Source: Felis catus
Lineage: Eukaryota
NCBI RefSeq assembly: GCF_018350175.1
Contig: NC_058368.1
Location: 134,046,001-134,110,000 of the forward strand
DNA: 64,000 bases
Reading direction: 5' to 3'
Every line of letters begins with the position of its first letter. Positions within the stretch are counted from its first letter, which is position 1. The notes under the pieces are model-generated. The model did not search any database and was not told the origin of the DNA. It saw nothing but the letters and a program-made list of their open reading frames with translations. The translations under genes and the position numbers were made by a program. Positions 1 to 12,690 of the stretch are shown here, one piece after another.

Positions 1-375
1 CTTTGTCCTTCTCTCGGGAACCAGAGGATCCCAGGATGGGCTGCTGTTGATGCCCAGGCACTCCCTTAGTTTACCATGGAAACCTGTACCCTCCTTCCCT
101 TCTGCCCCAAGGCCAAGTGGGAGTGGTGGGGCCCAGATCATCTAAATATACAGAAAGAAAGTTTTCAACGGATGCTGTACTGGGTAGATAACTCAAGGAA
201 TTACTAACACATGAATAATGCCTTGGTGAGGCTTAACCATTCCTGTTTGCATGCTGGAAATGAGGAAAATTCCTGTTCACATGCTGGAAGTGTCGAGTTT
301 CTGCAGTAGCCCTCTGCTGACTGCCTTACTGAAATGTGTAGCCTGAGTGAGCAATGATTTTGATAGGAAAGTGTT

Positions 376-587
376 GGGGCGCCTGGGTGGCTCAGTCGTT
401 AAGTGTCCAACTGCTGGTTTCAGCTCAGGTCATGATCTTTTGGGTCGTGAATTCGAGCTCCATGCTGGGCTCTGCGCTGACCGTGTGGAGCCTGCTTGGG
501 ATTCTCTGTCTCCCTCTCTCTCTGCTCCTCCCTTGCTAGTGTGCTCTCTCTGTCCCTCTCTCTATAAATACATAAACTTAAAAAAAA
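376..587 (+). mobile_element. CanSINE (SINEC, tRNA-derived)
   Basis: GGGGCGCCTGGGTGGCTCAGTCGTTAAG head, B-box-like ATTCGAGCTCC, CT-rich segment, A tail; degenerate TSD AAAGTGTT/AAAGCGTT. Confidence 0.95.
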
Positions 588-709
588 GCGTTAGACCCCT
601 TAGATAGGGTGGGGGTGCAAAAAATGACGAACAACTTTGCTGGTGGACTTTATAATGCCACAGGTCTATGATCTTGTGCTGATTTGCATGGCCAGACTGG
701 CTTGCCCTC

Positions 710-1183
710 TGTGTGAGTCAGGTTTTATCAGAAGAGCAGAACTGGTAGGAGATAGATATTACCAGAAGGGATTGGTTTAACTGTTGTGGAACCTGAAGTC
801 CATGAGGAGGTGGTCTGGGAGGAAAGATCAAGAACAGGTTGGAATCTCCCAGGCACAGGCTGAAGCCGTTAAAGGGAGGCAAGAGGGAAGCTCCTGTGAA
901 GGGAGGGCAATCATAGATCAGATGCAGCTTGGAATAGGGTTCAGGGAGTGCCGGAGTCTTCCTTATAGGGCTTCCACTGATTAGGCCAGACCCACCAAGA
1001 TAATCTTACTTAAAGTCATTGGGTTAGGGATTTTAATTCGATGTACAAACCCCTTCATGGCAGTGCCTAGATTAGTGTTTGATTGAATAACTAGGAAAAG
1101 GGGTGTACATGCCACAAATGGCTGCCCCCTCATCTGTCCTCATTATCTAGCCTACCCATTCTGACATACCAAAAAACCATCAC
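710..1183 (-). mobile_element. MLT2-like (ERVL) solo LTR
   Basis: Starts TGTGTGAGTCAGGTTTTATCAGAAGAGCAGAAC, contains CACTGATTAGGCCAGACCCACC and CCTAGATTAGTGTTTGATTGAATAACT, ends CTAGCC...TGACATACCAAAAAACCATCAC; matches recalled reverse-complement MLT2 consensus. Confidence 0.75.
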
Positions 1184-2388
1184 TTCCTCCCCCCTCCCTC
1201 CATCCTTCCCTTCCTTCGTTCCCAAAAAGATTCAAAACTTTTTGAGACGTAGAATTTGAGCGTTTCCGAAGTGCAGAGTGGAATTTTTAGATTGCTTTTC
1301 ATTGGAACAATTCACGCCTTAAGGTAGGACTGTGTCAGCGTATGTTCTCCACATCCACGTGCCCCTTTGGCCTTTTCCCTCCATCTCAAGATGACTGTTC
1401 ATCCTCAGACTCAAGGCACTGGCCACTCTATGTGCTATCCCAATCCCCAGATCATTCCAAGCTGGGCTGTCAAGTCCAGGAGCGTGGTAGGCAAAGAGAG
1501 ATTTATGTAACTAGGGAATCAAACAGCCAACACTCAGAAGAATGACTTTTAATATGGAAATCTCTCCCCTGGCCAAATCTGTGCACATGGAACACCCACA
1601 ACAAACAGGGCTGTAAACAATGGCAATTGTGCTGACTTCACAGCACACACAGATGCGGCAGCTTTTTAGATGCATTTGAACAAAGGGATGAATCAAACTT
1701 GTTGTTGGCAAACAATCTCACATTGTCTTCCCCTCTGTCCCCTCAAATGGGGCAACATTCTCTGGACTCTGAGAAGCACTGAAGGCTTGGGTGTGAAGCT
1801 CTTTGGGGCGGTCAGTAGATAAATGCCAACTCTCCCAAGATCCAGACTTACTTGACACTTGATCTGAACAGTATGAAAAGAGGGCAGCCTTAAATGTGAT
1901 CCAAAGAATTTTCATCTTGGGAAGGTTCTTTCATCAATACGGCAAGTCTAGAAGTCTGATCTGGGGGACGTGTGAAACGTCTGACACATTACTCAGCCCA
2001 GTGCCTCACACCGGGAGACCATCCACCTTTTTTTCCCCTCCTCAGTGTCTAGCTGATGTAATGACACGTTTGTGTGATTACAGTCTGTTATTTACCATAA
2101 GATGACAGTGTCGGGGGTGGGGGCTGAGCGACTTAAGTGCAGGAGCTGAAAATGCACAAATCATTTACTATAATGACTGCACAACCTTGGAAATGATCAG
2201 CAGGATCAGAATGCCATGACAGAGTCTTTTGTCTTAGGCCCTCAGCGTCTAATAGCAAGGTGGTGTCCAGGTTCCTGCCTTGGTAAGAGAATCTTTAATA
2301 GGGAATCCAGGTCTCTTCCTTCATGGTCCTGGGAAGAGATACTCAGAATGCTCCCTCTTCTTTACTCTTTCCTTCCTGTGATCTTAGA

Positions 2389-2680
2389 TAGATATGGGCA
2401 ACTTTTTTTTGATAGAGCCAGATAGTAAATATGTTAGCCTCTCTGGGCCACGAGATCTCTCTTGCAACTATTCAACTCTGCCACTGTAACATAAAACTCA
2501 GCCACGGCCGACATGTTAATGAACAAGTGGGGCTGTGTTCAAAAAAAACTTTATTTTTGGACACTGAAACATTTGAATTTCATGTTATTTTTACTGTTGA
2601 TAAGATAATCTTTTGATTTTAAAAACCATTCTTGGCTTGTAAGCTGTATTTAGCCCACGGGCTGTAGGTGTTAAACTTTG
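2389..2680. mobile_element. MER58(B)-like hAT-Charlie MITE
   Basis: GGCAAACTTTTT...GCCAGATAGTAAATATGTTAG...GCAACTATTCAACTCTGCCACTGTA...GGCTGTGTTC...AAAACTTTATT...GCCCACGGGCTGTAG. Confidence 0.85.
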
Positions 2681-5600
2681 TCTAAGAGCATCTGTGCATG
2701 TCACTTGGAATTTGGAAGGGGAGGTAGCTTCAGGGTTCCTTCCAGATAAAAGGTCCTGACATTTGGTCAGAATCACTAGACTTGGTCTTAGTTTTCTCAT
2801 CTGTTCTCTGAAGCCATCCTTATTTCCCTAGCATCCTGTTGGTGGAATGAACGAATGGTTGCAAAGTCTGCAGAGAACCACGTATTCAAGTTAAAACATC
2901 TTTTTTTTTTTGACTGCCATTTTTCTCATGTTCATTGTGGTTTTAAGGCATTTTGTTCCTTCTTAGCCACCTGTACTGAGAGTTTTGTTGGTTTCGAGGA
3001 TTGTAGTGGTTTGAATGAGATAAGCATGTCATAGATTTTGGGGTGTGAAAAGTCACTGAATGTCAACATGCTGACGGGGCCATTTGAGGTTTTGCCCGTG
3101 CTACTTCAGCCAGGCTGGGCACCCAGCGGAGTCCACTTAAAAGCTTTGTCTTGTCCGTTCCTCTGCTCTTATCTCTGCATAGAAGGAAACCTTTCTCTGA
3201 TGTCTTTTCATTTTCACTGTCATTTATTGCTTTTGTGAAACTTTAAATGAAAGAAAGACTTTTGAACATCTTTGTGTCAGACATGGTTCCATACTTGAAA
3301 ATATAATAAGGTCTTTGGATAACATTTCTTGTGAGAATTTAACCACAATTTGTCATTTTTGTTTTCCTTAGGTCTTAGCCACCTTTAACATGCTTTTCAT
3401 TTTGCTACCTCTGCTCAGAGGATTGCAGGCCCCCTGACCTCAAATAAAAGGCCAATATTGAGGGGTAAAGAAAAGTGAGAGTGGTCACAAAGGGCTCCCT
3501 TCGCCTTTGTCTGCACGGATCCTGTCCTTACAAAAAGAGCTGGGAGATAAGCTTGCAACACTTTGTTGTCCTTTTAGCAGAGAAGAGGACTACACCCGCA
3601 GTGGCCTCTCCCTGATGGTCTTGGGCAGAGGAAGACAGAAGGAAATAATTTTGTCCATTTTCATGCATGGAGGTTTGTGAAGGATCTCGAAGTACAGTTG
3701 ATAGTAAATTAGGTCGAAAATCATAGTGTCGTTCTCCAGTCAGATGGCACCTGGCCTCTGATAATGCTCAGAAGCTTTATCATTCACATGCAGGACTTCA
3801 GCAGGCAAGGCCCAGCCTGCTCTGCTCAGACACACAGCAGAACCCAGGGCCGCGTTGAGCCTCCAGTAGGCTGGGAAGCAATCAGCAGCCCCAAAGAGAG
3901 TTTGGTGCCTGTGCTGTTCTTGCTATTACCAGTTGTTATCTGTTCAGGGTCATTTTCAACACAAGGGAAACAGCTTTTGTGTGTTCCACACACTCACAGG
4001 TGGGTGGAGACAGCCTTGAGTGCGGCACAGGTTTTTCATAGTCCAGAGTGTAGGGGTATTGAGGGGGTTCGGGATTTCTTCACAGTGACTAAGAATTTTC
4101 TCTTCTTCAATTCCACTGTCACCTGCAAACGTGGCATGATGGCTTATGCCACACTACTTGCCACAGAGGGACTTGGTGGCATTGGGAGCATGGTTCTGGG
4201 CACATGCCCCTGTTCTTTCTCCCCACCTGCTGCACCCACCTGCAAAAGTTAGTCCCTGCATGTTTGTCCTACCTTGTCTCTTCAACACATCCACGCACAC
4301 ACACGTGTGCTTGCACACACATAATTTCACGCACACACATAATTGATAATTTCCCACCCAAGATCAAAGGCCAGCCATGATGCTCATCCACAAACTACAC
4401 AGCGTGATTGCACGTAGACAAGCACGTGATAGGAAAGGCAACTGTCATACTGAGATCAAGTGCACCTTTCAGAACGTGAAGCCCCACGCACTTGTTCCTC
4501 TCATTTGCTGGTCAAGTGATCAAACAGTAATCAAAACAGTTTGCATTTCCGTTCCGTATCTTACCTTGCATCAAGAAGCAGAGTGATTGGTGCCATGCGA
4601 AATACGATAAGTGTTCAGTTATTATATCAAATAGTGATTGAGTGACTAACATTCAGACACAGAGCTAGAGATAAGGGATAGAATCATGGGAATAAATAAT
4701 GTGCCATGAACTAGGTGAGTTAGTAATTAAGTCCTGGGCAAGCTACTGAACTTCTCTGGGACTGGACCAAATCTCTGGTATTGGCTCTTGCTCTGATAGT
4801 GTAAGAATTCAACAGACATGGGGGAGAGGGATGGAAGGATAGCTTGGGGGTCAGTGGCAAAAATGACTCCTGAAAGGATGTTCTGTTGGGTGGCACTACT
4901 ATCCAGAGGGAGGAGTAAGAAGACATAAATAAGACATTGTCCACCTGGACACCAGGAGAAAGCAGCCCATTGTCAGGGGGAACTAACTAGGAGTGGAAGT
5001 TTTCTTCGAAAAGCGGTCATTTATTTCTTTCACAGTAAGATGCTCTTCTGTCATGCAGGTCATTTACAGGAGGGGAAGAAAGGCACTCTCCTCTTGGGCT
5101 GGCTGTTGTCTTGGCCATGTGTCCCTTCGCTGAATAGCCAAGGGGTCTAAGTACCTTTCAGCAAATGGGTGTTGCTTGAATTTTGAGGATTTAGAATGTA
5201 AGCAAAACAGAGGACGAAAAGCAAATCTTGCAGCCACTAAAAGCAGCCTTGAATCACACTCTTTAATGTCTTGGTGTGTCTGTCTTTGTTTCTTTGTGCC
5301 TGAAAAGGGGACTGATCACATTCTGCATGTGTGGGTAATGACCTGTATTCTTCGGAGTGGCCTCATAGACCTGCTTATTTCACTCCACCGGGGAGGAAGG
5401 TAGGAAGGAAGGCAGGTGCTAATTTGCACCCATCCTTTGGTAATGGGCTGTCTTGTGAAAAGCCTGTCGGTGAGAAGCTTTTAGCCTATGGTCCTAGTCC
5501 ATCTAGGGTGACTTCTGCTTCATCTTTGAGGAGTCTTTCAGCCTTGAGGTCCTTCAAACTTTCAGCAGGTATAAGGTGGTCATTATAAATATCACTGGGC

Positions 5601-6349
5601 CTACTCACTGCAACATTCTGCATGTGTGAGCTGGACCTATCTCTAAGGAATGGGTCACTCATTACTGGCATGACAAGCTCTTAGACACATTAAACATCAC
5701 TGAAGCAGGCCTGGTGGGGGCAGTTCTAGATGCATAGAGTTAGTGCTTCCCAGGTGGGGGGCTTTGCAGATAAAGAACCTAGTGTATATAAGTGGTTGGT
5801 TTTGACATCTAGTTATCTGTGACCTTTTCAGGATGAACTTAAGAATGAAACAGCAGTTGTTGTTTTTTAAAAAAATTTTTTTTTTATTCTTGATCACAGT
5901 AGAATGTTGAAGGAGTCTTGTTGTATTGTGCATTGAAAGCCCTCATTAGCAATGCAAGCACTTCAGAAGGCAGTGAGTGACTCATATAAGGTCCAGAAAT
6001 AGTACTGAGGAAAATTGCTTTTATGTAATTTTTTCTCAGAATATCACGCTGTGAATACTTACCATTTCAGCAGAAACACGTGGAAAAGATGACATCTTCC
6101 AGGGTCTGCAGGGATGCTCTGGGTCCCAGAGCCATGTCACTGACTCCATGGCCTTCAGATCCCCCAGAAGCTTCAGGGCATCTGTTGAGGCACAGCGGGG
6201 CAGAGAACAGGAAAGGAAAGCCTAAGAAGTGACGTCTGTCTTCAAGTTCATTAGTCCTACGTTCAGCACACAAACCCCGAAGTGGTGACACTTAGGTTTA
6301 TTTTTTATCAGTTTTGTTATGCTTCCAAAAAAAGACGCTTGAAAAAAAA

Positions 6350-6890
6350 TTTAACTGGGGGGTAAAATACATATAGAATGTACCATTTTAAGCATTTGGC
6401 AGTATATGGTTCAGTGCCATTAAATACATTCACAGTATTCTGCAACCATTACCACCGTCCATCTCCAGAACTTTTTCATCTTTCCAAACTGACACTCTTT
6501 ACCCATTAAATAATAACCCCCCACTTCCCTTACCCCCCCCCCCCAGCCCCTGACAGCCGCCATTCTGCTTTCTATCTCTATGAATTTGACGACTGTAAAT
6601 AACTCACATAAGTGGAATCATACAGTATTTGTTCTTTTGTGTCTTGGCTTATATCACTTAACATAATGTCCTCAAGAGTCTTCCATGTTGTAGCCATGTT
6701 TTTGAATGTCTTTTCTTTTTAAGGTGGAATAATAATCCTTTGGATGTATATATATCATATTTTGTTATGGGCTGCTTCTTCCTTTTGGCTATTGTGAATA
6801 ATACTGCTGTGAACACGGGTGTATAAATACCTGTTTGAGTCCCTGCTTCTAATTCTTTTAGGCTTCTGTCCAGAAGTGGAATTGCCAAAA
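6350..6890 (-). mobile_element. L1MA/L1MB-type LINE-1 3' fragment (ORF2 C-terminus remnant + 3'UTR)
   Basis: ORF 6658-6888(-) AIPLL...YTPVFTAVLFTIAKRKKQP resembles L1 ORF2 C-terminus; CATTCACAGTATTCTGCAACCATTACCACC...CCAGAACTTTTTCATC is typical antisense L1M 3'UTR. Confidence 0.9.
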
Positions 6891-6918
6891 GTGGACTCTT
6901 AAGGATGAAAAGGGAACA

Positions 6919-7081
6919 GGGGAGCTTGAGTGGCTCAGTCGGTTAAGCACCTGGCTCTTGATTTCGGCTCAAGTCATGATCTCATGGTTTGTGAGTTCGA
7001 GCCCCATGTTGGATTCTGTGCTGACAGCGTGGAGCCTGCTTGGGATTTTCTCTCTTTGTCTCTCTTCTCTCTCTCTGTCTC

Positions 7082-7127
<46 letters not shown>

Positions 7128-7200
7128 CACTATTTGTGCTCTCTTTCTCTCTCAAAATAAATAAATAAACATGAAAAACAAACTAAAAAAGACTAAAAAA
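6919..7200 (+). mobile_element. CanSINE with internal (TG)n expansion
   Basis: GTGGCTCAGTCGGTTAAG head, GAGTTCGAGCCCC B box, (TG)n 7086-7122, AATAAA/A-rich tail; TSD AAGGATGAAAAGG/AAGAATGAAAAGG. Confidence 0.95.
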
Positions 7201-7409
7201 GAATGAAAAGGTAAGGTCCTGAAGGGAGTAGGTCATACGATTTGTACTATATGAACACACTGGGAGAGCACTGGCAGAGGTAGTTAGTCCAGGAGTTTGA
7301 ACCTAGAGGGACTACTGGAGGTGGTTGCCCAGGCAGAGTGGGGAAGGCAAGAGGGGGTGGGGGTTGATCTTCAAGGAGGTCAAGCTCTCTATGACTTGAG
7401 GATTAGATC

Positions 7410-7600
7410 TTTTTTTTTTAAATGTTTGTTTATTTATTTTGAGAGGGGGTGCAGAGAGAGAGGGAGAGAGAGAATCCCAAGCAGTCTCCACACTGTCAGT
7501 GCAGAGCCTGCGTGGGGCTTGATCCCACGAATTGCGGGATCATGACCTGAGCCAAAATCAAGAGTTGGACACTTAACTGACTAAGCCAACCAGGTGCCCC
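7410..7600 (-). mobile_element. CanSINE
   Basis: T-rich tail, GA-rich segment, ends ACTTAACTGACTAAGCCAACCAGGTGCCCC; TSD GATTAGATCTTT on both sides. Confidence 0.95.
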
Positions 7601-9214
7601 AGATTAGATCTTTAAGAAGTCCTTTGTGAGGTTGTGGCCAGCTTAGTGAGAGCTCCAGAGAGATGAGCCAGGGTCAGCACCTACAGGAGCCATTCGAATG
7701 CACACTTCCAGGTCTCCTTGCAGAGCAACCATACCAGCTCTTCTCCCCTGTGCTGCTGGGAAAGCCCTGCCACAGATACCTTTGGTCCTTGCCCAGAGAC
7801 GGTCCAATGCCATGGTGTCTCCTGGTTCTTCCGTATCAGAAGTGAGGATGATGTCAGAGTGTTTTGGTCTTTAAGCTGTTCTGAGGTGGTAAGGATGGGC
7901 ATGTCTCCTGCCCCTTTGGAGCCAAATGACTCTGGAGTTGAACACATGTCTCCTCAGGGGTCCCCCAAAGGGGGCTCTGCTGTGTGCCACCTCCCAGCTG
8001 TGAAAAGCCACCGGGTGAGAGGGCACATGAAATGGACGCAAGCTTGCAAGTTAGGGCAAAGGCTTAGGATAGTCAGCGTTGGTGGCCCGGAATGATCCGA
8101 CCTGGCACCAGGACACTCCCTCTTTGGGACAGACCCAGCCAGTGCCTCAAGGAGCTGCATTCTTTTTCTGTGCTGCCTCTCCCATTAGGCAATGACTACA
8201 GCATCCGAGATAATGAACAATCTTGGAAAGATTAGCATTCTGCATACTTGGTTAAAACATTTTTTTATGCAACTGGTGTTCTGCTTTTTCCTAGAATCTT
8301 TGCCTCTCTAAGGACTAGTCCTTCCTCTTACAAAGTGAAGAAAGAAAGGGATCCAAAGGAAAAAAAAATGTGGTCCATAGTAACTTTGAATTAACACACC
8401 AAGCCAAGTGATAAAGATATATTCTAGGCTTCAGAGTTCTGTGTGAGAGCCCACCCAGATCTTTGCTTCATTGCCTAAAGGGGCCCTTTGCTTTAAAATA
8501 GCTTACACTTCAGGCCTGGGTTTCAAGAGGATTTATTAGTCAGTGGCAAGTGGGGGGTTTGGCCCCATGACAACTTGGAAGGTTTGCCTTTGATTTGGAA
8601 AGAAGGACAGCCCATGTTCTGAATAGAGAGAGGGAAAAGGGGACAGAGTTCTCAGCTGAACACTAATGAAAATAAGATGAAGCTACTTCATAAAGATGTC
8701 CAGCCAACAGTCGATGAGTACACTTGTGTGTGTGGCAGACGGTTCGAGCACGGTCACGTACGGGAGCGGACTGACCGGGACAAATGGGATGCTCTCTTTG
8801 AGAGTATCAAGGAAGCTCTTAACAAAATATTTTTTCCCCAAGAATTAAAAACAAAACAAAAGAGACAATGCAATCTGTATATAAAGACAAGGATGCTCCT
8901 GTTGAAATGTCTAGACCGCTTATATTTTGCCCTGTGGCCCCGTTAGATTTGAGAACAGGAAAAGGTACAGATTTTTATGGAAGTTACATTGGGGGTCAGA
9001 TACTAAAAAAAAGAATAGAAATTTGTTTTCATGGTTCACAAAGCAGTAGGGAGAAGTGTGCTATAGGAATTGAGGGAAATGGGACTAGCTTTGGCCCTGT
9101 GGCAATTTTGGCTACTCAAAATTAGAGGTATTGTTTTACCCATTGAGCTACTGCTTTCTCATTTTATGATGGGGTAGCAGTGGGTGGGAGGTGGCAGGGC
9201 CAGATGTCTTCTGC

Positions 9215-9372
9215 TCCTGATTCAGAGGGCTTCAGAGATCTTCTGAAACCTCCAAAGTAGTTGGCAGTGTGTTATGTCTTTGTGCATATGGACGTTTTTC
9301 TGAAGAAGGCTCATTGCTTTTGTCATATTCCCTAAAGTGGTCTACAGCTCTCCAAATGTTAAGAACTCCTGA
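9215..9372. mobile_element. Degenerate hAT-Charlie MITE (MER103/MER117-like)
   Basis: GTGCATATGGACGTTTTTCTGAAGAAGGCTCATTGCTTTTGTCATATTCCCTAAAGTGGTC...GTTAAGAACTCCTG resembles recalled consensus end. Confidence 0.5.
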
Positions 9373-9447
9373 ACGGGGTCCCCAAATATCTTAACAGTAT
9401 GTGAACATGCTGTGGCACATCTGTGATTTAAAGATTATTCTGGTTTA

Positions 9448-9660
9448 GGGCCACCTGGGTGGCGCAGTCGGTTAAGCGTCCGACTTCAGCCAGGTCACGA
9501 TCTCGCGGTCCGTGAGTTCGAGCCCCGCGTCAGGCTCTGGGCTGATGGCTCGGAGCCTGGAGCCTGTTTCCGATTCTGTGTCTCCCTCTCTCTCTGCCCC
9601 TCCCCCGTTCATGCTCTGTCTCTCTCTGTCCCAAAAAATAAAAAACGTTGAAAAAAAAAA
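9448..9660 (+). mobile_element. Young felid CanSINE (SINEC_Fc-type)
   Basis: GGTGGCGCAGTCGGTTAAGCGTCCGACTTCAGCCAGGTCACGATCTCGCGG with CpGs intact; perfect flanking repeat TTTAAAGATTATTCTGGTTTA at 9427-9447 and 9661-9681. Confidence 0.98.
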
Positions 9661-9827
9661 TTTAAAGATTATTCTGGTTTATTCTGAGAGGGGTCTGTGA
9701 TGGTGTTTTCCCTAAACCTGTTAGGTTTTCAATGTAACTTGAGAAGAGTTGTAGGTACATGCTGTGGTTCACTCTTGTTGCCTGCTCTCTGCTGGGCTCT
9801 CTGGGGAAGCATAATTAAGAAGTAAGA

Positions 9828-10037
9828 GGGGTGCCTGGGTGGCTCAGTCGGTAAAGTGTCTGACTTCAGCTCAGGTCACAATCTCCTAGTTTGTGTGTTC
9901 AAGCCCTGCATTGGGCTTTGCACCTGACAGCTCAGATCCTAGAACCTGCTCAGGTTCTGTGTCTCCCTCTCTCTTGGCCCCTCCCTGGCTCACACTCTTT
10001 CTCTCTCTCAGAAATGAAGAAACGTTAAAAAAAAAAA
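9828..10037 (+). mobile_element. CanSINE
   Basis: GGGGTGCCTGGGTGGCTCAGTCGG head, CT-rich body, A tail. Confidence 0.95.
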
Positions 10038-12164
10038 GTAGAAAATGGGAGTCTTGAGCCCCTGTAATCCTCCCAGTTTCTGATTGTGTCCCTTCATCCC
10101 AGCCCAGCAGGGGGCTCAGACGGGCCCCACTGTGCAGCCCTGTGGTCCTGCTCTATACCTGCTGCTGCTGGGTCCCTTTCACCCTCTTTCCTGTCCTGCA
10201 CCCATATCTGCCCATTCCACGTTCCCTTCTTCAAATGACTGACTGCATTTGAAAGGTAAATGGGGAGTAATCTTGGGGCAGACAAGCATTTTAATACGTC
10301 TAGGACACCCTCCGCCTCTGGTGAAGGAACATCTGCTGAGTTATTTCTACGCATAGAAAAAGGTGGAGAGGGAGCGGTGTGTTCTTTTTGGAGAGTTCCT
10401 GGGGCAGATTTTCACCCTGGGTGAACTTGCTGGGAACGCCCACAGGAGTGGCACACCAGACTGTTCTGCCCACGAGCATTTGAAGAAACAAAATGCAATC
10501 AAATGATCCTCTGTTCGGCATACACAAAATTCACTGTTTCAAAACACTTTCAACGTGACTTTTGTGCCTTAGGTTTCTTGTTCCAAGGATTTTGCCCCGC
10601 CCAGCAGGGGATTGCTGAGTATTCTGAGAACTGTGTCTTCTGCCCTGAATGTGACCTTCTCAGTGCAATACCAGGCTCCAGGGATGTTCACAGACAGAGT
10701 GCAGGCTTCTTCATAGGAGTAGGAGTGTGGGGTTGTTGGGGGTGGAGATAATTCTGCCTGTATTACCAACTGCTGTTTATTAGGTACATTGACAACTTTG
10801 CTTTTCTTCATTTGTGGGGAAAATGTTTCCCTGAAATGGCACCTGGGATTGTCTGGTTCTAAGGCACAGGGTCAGGTGAGCTGACGTAGAAGCTTCTAGA
10901 TCAGTGCTGTTAAAAGTTAGCTTGTCTGTGCTCGGCACAGGTTGCTAAAAGCATGAGCGAGGGTGTGATAGACATTCCTGTGTCTCTTACAAGCCACTGT
11001 CATTTTGTTTTTGGAGGATAGCAAGTTGAATGTAAGCCAGTTGGAATTCTGAAAACCCTGGAATTTCTTTTCCCTCCTTCCTCCTTCCTTCCCTCCCTCC
11101 CTTCCCTGAAGTTCTTCTCCATCTAAGACATGTCAAATGCATTTTTTTTAAAAGGAATTATTTGTGGCTACAAATTTGTGGATTCCATCTTACACTTCTT
11201 ATCCTTAGTGTTTCAGGTACATATCAACATGAACGTGTGTGGCCCCACAGTTCAGTTCACTATTTATGAAGGATGCATTTCAATGAGTTTTGAAAGTCGG
11301 GACTGTTCATTATTTCCCTTCCGCTTCATGATCCTCTTTTACCAGCTTTAGCATTTTCTCTAGAGTATTTTAAGAAAAAAAATGTATAGAAACATTTCCA
11401 TTCACATCACATGTTATCAAAGCCCTCTTGTGGGACGAGGTTTAACTCTTGAAAGGGGCTCTTTGATAGCTAAAAATTTGGTGTTCAGCGATTACTGCTT
11501 TTTGAGAACTCTAAGTACACCCAGCATTGCAGTTTTTGAAACAATCATCTCTTTTCTCTGGTTTCTCATCTCACTTGGCTCCTATAGAGAACTGAGACAG
11601 GCCCTCTGTTTCTGTTGAAGTAGAACAACTCACATTTATGGTCTAGCCGGAAGTACAGAGGTAGGTTGGCTGATTCAGGCTTTCTTTTTTTTCTCTTTTT
11701 CCCCCCAGCTGAAAATGTGATATGGGTTTGTTATATGTTTGTTTAATCTTAATTCAGGCTCATCTATAAAAATCCTGGTGGGAGACAGAAAGCAAAGCTT
11801 TAACATATGTGTTGAACTTGGAATAAGAAACTTTAATCGTTGGAAAAACAGTACTGTGTAAATTTCAGATTGCAAGTAATCACAATATATTCAGACAGTG
11901 GCAGGAACATTTTAGTTTCCATTTTAATATTCAGTTCACGCAAGCATGCATTAAAGTGACCTTTTGAATGCATGTTTTTCTCAAAAATGTTTAGGCTTAT
12001 GTTTATTTTCTTTGACTGAAACCCTAGTGGCCTATATGAAGTCAAGCAGATGTTTTCCATTTCCAGAAGGTGCACCTGACTGTCTGCATAGGTTTGTTCC
12101 TGGCCAGCTGTTTGCTCGCAGCATCAGTGTAGATTTTAACTGCAGAGAACAAGTAAAAGGCTCT

Positions 12165-12360
12165 GTTTATTGGGCTCTAATGTGCTGGGCTCTCAGCAAA
12201 GTGCTTTAGTTTCATTAACTGATTTATTAGTTACATGATCTTATGAGGCAGGTCTTCTTACTAGGCCATTACTTTATTGGAGAGGAAACCGCGGATCAGA
12301 GAAGGCAACTTTACACAGTCACAGACATTGAAGTTAGAAAGCAAAACTGGGGTTTGTGAC
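12165..12360 (-). mobile_element. MIR
   Basis: TTTATTGGGCTCTAATGTGCTGGGC...CTTATGAGGCAGGT...GAGGAAACCGCGGATCAGAGAAG...GTCACA (antisense MIR core). Confidence 0.7.
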
Positions 12361-12549
12361 TACAAATTATTACTATGTTCTATTGCCTTAATGCACGTAT
12401 CATTTGGACCCCTTCTGCCACTTCAGATATGAATAAACAAGATTGCCTTGAAACTCATCCCTACCCAAAGATGTAAGGAAAAGTCCAGTAGAGTTATTAA
12501 CTTCCTGGGGGCGTATCTTGTTTTCAGGAGAGGTAGTTCAGATTGGTGA

Positions 12550-12690
12550 TTCTGAGTGTGGGCTGTGGAGCATTTCATCAACCTGTCTGTGCCTTCTCTT
12601 CTCTGTGTCCAGTGTGGAGATAAGAGAGGTTCCTCCCTTCAGAGGGTGGTTATGAGGATTAAATGGTTTCATCCATGTAGCATAGGGCAG
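12550..12690 (+). mobile_element. MIR fragment
   Basis: AACCTGTCTGTGCCT...GGAGATAA...AGGGTGGTTATGAGGATTAAATG. Confidence 0.65.

Noticed and set aside
3764..4252. 162-aa ORF on +
   Set aside because: No recognisable domain, composition typical of chance ORFs, no convincing splice boundaries.
8677..8946. 89-aa ORF MKLLHKDVQPTVDEY...
   Set aside because: Protein-like by eye but matches no family I know and runs into an A-rich low-complexity tract.
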